DNA of 63,440 bases, filler included. It is 6 parts of 6 records of this genome, joined end to end, with 100 filler letters (N's around TTAATTAATTAA, not from the genome) between each part and the next. Parts side by side here need not be neighbours in the genome. Positions count along the whole stretch, not along the records: positions 53,364 to 63,440 come from SRR31156797_156; 5 more parts are not named here. One strand, 5' to 3'. The position numbers and the translations under genes were made by a program. Below are positions 59,742 through 63,440 of the stretch, in pieces. The first letter of the stretch is position 1; each line of letters begins with the position of its first letter. Under the pieces are notes generated by a model that searched no databases, was not told the DNA's origin, and saw only the letters and a program-made list of their open reading frames with translations.

Positions 59742-62465
59742 ATGATAAAAAATACAAAGAAGTTCTTAATAAAAATGACAGTAATAGAAATAATTTTTAT
59801 TTCTTCACTTTATGGTTCCTATAAATATGCGACCTTTGTTCAAAGAAAAAAAATAATTAATGAATATTCTGAAAAAGAAAAAATTAAAGTACGAAATTTA
59901 AAAAATATGTTAATGAACTATTTTGAAATGACATGGTCAAATATAAAAATTTTAAGTTCATCAGAAGAGCTTAAAAATTTTATTATTGATGAGAGCAATA
60001 TTGAAAAAAGAAAAACATTAGAAAAAAGCTTAAAGAATTGGTTATTATTTAATGAATTCTATGAAAATATCAGTATAATCAAAGCAAATGGTAATGAACT
60101 AATGCGAATAAATTACAATAAAGGTTTTCCATTACCTCTATTAACAGAAAATTTGAAGAATACTATTGATGAGAATTACTTCAAAGAAGCAATGATGATA
60201 GATGATAAAATTATATATATGACAGATATAATAAATAAAAGTGTAAGCAATGGAGTTGAAACAAAATTTATTACTCCAATTATGAATAAAAGCTATAAAT
60301 ATGGTTTAATTAAATTGTCTATTTTAAATAGAGAGATAATAAAAGAACTTATAACTCAACTTGAAATTGAAGAGGAAATAAAAATATTTATTCTGGATAG
60401 TACGGGAAATAAGGTTTATAGTAATTTTAGTGGTGAATCTTTTGAAAAACAAAGCGATTACTTTAATGATGTTTCTGATATTAAAAATACAGAGAATGGA
60501 CAAATAAAAACTAAAAATGGAATGTTTTTTTTCGAATCACTGAGTGTTAACGAAAGAAACTTAAAAGAAAAAACAGGAATAACTATTAAAACAAGTCAAA
60601 ATGAGGAATGTTATTGGCAACTTTTTCTGATGTTACCGCAAAACTCTTTTGAGAAATATTTTAACTCAAAGTTTTTTATGATACGTTTAATATATCATTC
60701 ATCTCAAGCCTTAGGTGCGATATTGTTATTTTTTCTTTATCTTATTTTATTTAAAAAAAGAGAAGTAGAAGAGGAACTAAAACTATCCGGGGAAGTATTT
60801 GAAAATGCAAAAGAGGGTATATTAATATCTGATGATCATCAAAATATCATCTATGTTAACTCCTCGTTTGTTCGAATGATGGGTTATGCAAAAGAGGAGA
60901 TTTTAAATAAAAAAATTAATTCCATAAAATCAAATCGTCATCCTAAAGAATTTTATGAAAAAATGTGGGGTGTAATTAATAATTATGGAAAATGGCAGGG
61001 CGAAGTTTGGGGAAAAAGAAAAGATGGTGATTATTTCCCGGTTTGGCTCACAATTAGTAAGTTAGTAATAGATAAAAAAAATACTAGATATTTTGCTATA
61101 TATGATGACTTAAGTGTACTGAAACGAAATGAAGAAAATATAAGAAAATTAATGGACTTTGATTCAACAACTCATTTACCAAATAAGTTTTTATTTATGG
61201 ATAGATTACAGCAATTAATGAGTCAAGCAAGAATAATGAAAGAAAATTTCACTGTATTCTCCTTAAGTGTAAGTAATTTGAAAAAAATAAATGCCAATTA
61301 TGGAATTGAAACAGGAGATAGATTTTTAAAAGAGTTTACTTTAGCTTTAAAAGAAAAATTAAGTGCAGCAGATACGTTAGCTAAATTTGAAGGGAGTAAT
61401 TTATATATTCTTTTTCCTGAAGTACAATCTCCGGCTAAGGCATTGGAAAAGGCTGAGGATCTATTATCAATTAGTAAAAAAAGTTTTAAAATCAATAAAC
61501 ATGAGATTCTTACGTATATGAACATAGGAGTTATTTTATATCCAAATAATGGTGAAACAGTTCCTGACTTAATGAAAAATCTTGGCTTAGCTCTCAATAT
61601 CTCAAAACAGGATGGAGCGAATAATTTTAAATTTTATTCAAATGAAATTCATAATTTAGCAGTTGAGAGATCAGAAATGGACGTATCTTTAAGAAGGGCA
61701 ATTGAGAACAAAGAATTTTATTTAAACTATCAACCTCAAATTGATGTGGCTACAGGAGAATTAATAGGAGCTGAGGCGTTAATTAGATGGGAACATCCGA
61801 TATTAGGACTGATTACACCTGTTAAATTTATACCAATAGCTGAGGAAAATAAATTTATCAACACTATAGGTGAATGGGTCTTACGGGAAGCGTGTATGCA
61901 AAATAAAGTTTGGAGATTTAAAGGTTACTCGAACTTAGTAATAGCAGTCAATATTTCACCTGTACAGTTTGCTCAAAATGATTTTTTGGATATATTAAAG
62001 AGAGTATTACTTGAAACAGGTTTGGAGCCGGAACATCTTGAAATAGAGCTAACCGAAGGAATGATGGTTAGTGATATGAATATAGTTATGACTAAACTTC
62101 ATGAGATAAAAAAATTAGGTGTTAAAATATCAATTGATGATTTTGGAACTGGTTATTCATCATTGAGTTATATAAAAAAATTCCCAATTGATAAAATTAA
62201 GATTGACAGAGTCTTTATAAAAGATTATCCTGAACATGATGATGGAAGAATAGCTAAAACTATTGTTCAGTTAGGTCATAATTTAAATTATAAAGTAATA
62301 GCAGAAGGTGCTGAAACAGAAGAGCACTATGAATATTTAAAATCTATAAAATGTGATGAGATACAGGGTTATTATTTTAGTAAACCTTTATCAGCTTCAG
62401 AGCTGGAAAATAAATACTTCAAAATTGATGAAAGTGTCGCGGCGACACAAAGTCAAGAAGATTAG
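59742..62465 (+). CDS. Membrane Cache-PAS-GGDEF(degenerate)-EAL c-di-GMP phosphodiesterase
   Basis: Two TM helices; PAS (YVNSSF..M.GY); GGDEF replaced by EGSNL; intact EALIRW, DDFGTGYSS and QGYYFS motifs. Confidence 0.9.
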   Translation: MIKNTKKFLIKMTVIEIIFISSLYGSYKYATFVQRKKIINEYSEKEKIKVRNLKNMLMNYFEMTWSNIKILSSSEELKNFIIDESNIEKRKTLEKSLKNWLLFNEFYENISIIKANGNELMRINYNKGFPLPLLTENLKNTIDENYFKEAMMIDDKIIYMTDIINKSVSNGVETKFITPIMNKSYKYGLIKLSILNREIIKELITQLEIEEEIKIFILDSTGNKVYSNFSGESFEKQSDYFNDVSDIKNTENGQIKTKNGMFFFESLSVNERNLKEKTGITIKTSQNEECYWQLFLMLPQNSFEKYFNSKFFMIRLIYHSSQALGAILLFFLYLILFKKREVEEELKLSGEVFENAKEGILISDDHQNIIYVNSSFVRMMGYAKEEILNKKINSIKSNRHPKEFYEKMWGVINNYGKWQGEVWGKRKDGDYFPVWLTISKLVIDKKNTRYFAIYDDLSVLKRNEENIRKLMDFDSTTHLPNKFLFMDRLQQLMSQARIMKENFTVFSLSVSNLKKINANYGIETGDRFLKEFTLALKEKLSAADTLAKFEGSNLYILFPEVQSPAKALEKAEDLLSISKKSFKINKHEILTYMNIGVILYPNNGETVPDLMKNLGLALNISKQDGANNFKFYSNEIHNLAVERSEMDVSLRRAIENKEFYLNYQPQIDVATGELIGAEALIRWEHPILGLITPVKFIPIAEENKFINTIGEWVLREACMQNKVWRFKGYSNLVIAVNISPVQFAQNDFLDILKRVLLETGLEPEHLEIELTEGMMVSDMNIVMTKLHEIKKLGVKISIDDFGTGYSSLSYIKKFPIDKIKIDRVFIKDYPEHDDGRIAKTIVQLGHNLNYKVIAEGAETEEHYEYLKSIKCDEIQGYYFSKPLSASELENKYFKIDESVAATQSQED

Positions 62466-62516
62466 TTTTTAAAGATAGTTTATAATTATGACAAATAAAA
62501 GATTAAATTAAATTTA

Positions 62517-62558
62517 TAGGGCTCTTTTTCTTTATTTTTATAGAAAAGAGCTCTTTTA
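62517..62558 (+). terminator. Probable terminator hairpin after the EAL gene
   Basis: Imperfect AGGGCTCTTTTTC ... GAAAAGAGCTCT stem followed by T residues. Confidence 0.5.
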
Positions 62559-62654
62559 TAAAATGATAGCGATATCAGTTGATAATGGCTTGCAAAAAAA
62601 AACGAAATCCTGTATCATAAAAATAATACTTAAATTTTCGAGGGGGAATGAAAT

Positions 62655-63440
62655 TTGAAGAAAAAGATAATAGTCGCTGAAAAAATCGATAAATGCGGAA
62701 TTGAACTTCTACAAAAGGAGTTTGATACAGATGTGTGTATTGGAATCTCAAGAGAGGAATTACTTGAGAAAATCCATGAGTATGATGCATTAGTAGTAAG
62801 AAGTGCTACAAAGGTAAATGCAGAATTATTAGAAAAAGCTACAAATTTAAAAATGGTTGGAAGAGCAGGAAACGGAATTGATAATATCGTAGTTCCTGAA
62901 GCAACAAAAAGAGGGGTAATTGTTGCTAATACACCTGAAAGTAACATTGTATCGGCATGTGAAATCTCTATTGGTTTAATGTTTGCCGGAGCTAGAGATA
63001 TTTGTTATGCAAGTAGAGAAACTAAATCAGGTAAATGGATAAGAAACCAACTTCAAGGTACAGAACTTTTTGGTAAAACATTAGGGATTGTAGGACTTGG
63101 AAGAATTGGTGGATTAATGGCAACAAGAATGAAAGCAATGGGAATGAATCTGATTGCTTATGATCCATATATTAGTAGTGAAAGATTTGACAGATATCAC
63201 TGTGAGAAAAAAGAAACTCTAGAAGAGTTATGTAAAGAAGCAGATATCATTACTATTCACACTCCTAAAACAGAAGAAACAAAAGGAATGATTTCAACTG
63301 CTGAAATTGCAGTTATGAAAGATAATGTTAGACTTGTAAATGGTGCAAGAGGTGGAATCATTGATGAGGATGCAGCATATGAAGGATTAAAAAGCGGAAA
63401 AGTTGCAAGTTTTGGAATAGATGTACATGCAACTGAACCA
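62655..63440 (+). CDS. serA: D-3-phosphoglycerate dehydrogenase (3'-truncated; absent from the ORF track)
   Basis: TTG start after GAGGGGG; VVRSATKV, GRAGNGIDNI, GIVGLGRIG, HTPKT.ET and NGARGG motifs. Confidence 0.9.
   Translation, partial: MKKKIIVAEKIDKCGIELLQKEFDTDVCIGISREELLEKIHEYDALVVRSATKVNAELLEKATNLKMVGRAGNGIDNIVVPEATKRGVIVANTPESNIVSACEISIGLMFAGARDICYASRETKSGKWIRNQLQGTELFGKTLGIVGLGRIGGLMATRMKAMGMNLIAYDPYISSERFDRYHCEKKETLEELCKEADIITIHTPKTEETKGMISTAEIAVMKDNVRLVNGARGGIIDEDAAYEGLKSGKVASFGIDVHATEP

Noticed and set aside
59742-62465. Active diguanylate cyclase in the Cache-PAS-GGDEF-EAL protein
   Set aside because: The GGDEF signature is replaced by EGSNL and only the EAL domain is intact. 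This is a common arrangement.

Overview
This window is not one locus. It is six AT-rich contigs joined by 100-bp linkers (N-run, TTAATTAATTAA, N-run) at 16103-16202, 25249-25348, 33155-33254, 40829-40928 and 53264-53363, so no synteny can be read across a linker. Taxonomic labels are inferred from gene content only. (1) 1-16102, Campylobacterota/Arcobacteraceae-like: HD-GYP protein, PnuC plus kinase, glutathione peroxidase, and a type VI secretion cluster (tssABCEFG, clpV). A divergent operon carries a 1230-aa PAAR-like/MIX-like putative pore-forming effector, a Sel1/TPR lipoprotein and an unannotated 51-aa membrane protein. (2) 16203-25248: Entner-Doudoroff operon (zwf-pgl-edd-eda-pgi), a His-less kinase, and the edge of an integrase island with a tmRNA/tRNA-like att remnant. 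(3) 25349-33154, Fusobacteriota-like housekeeping genes: rsgA with an apparent ATA start, hpt, rsmA, pdxJ, khpA-rimM-trmD. (4) 33255-40828, Bacteroidota-like surface polysaccharide locus with sulfotransferases. (5) 40929-53263, Campylobacterota-like housekeeping and signalling genes plus a RelE/ParE-type TA pair. (6) 53364-63440: parA, rlmL-like gene, a 1.8-kb ORF-free region, a Rep-like 553-aa protein, an OMP, an EAL protein and serA. The strongest candidate system is in contig 6. The 1.8-kb region holds 18 same-strand copies of a 21-bp motif (TTATAA-N5-RRRKGATGAT) with a ~267-bp higher-order period and a phased companion motif. It lies directly upstream of a plasmid-type winged-helix initiator among housekeeping genes, suggesting an iteron-type origin of a chromid or chromosome.
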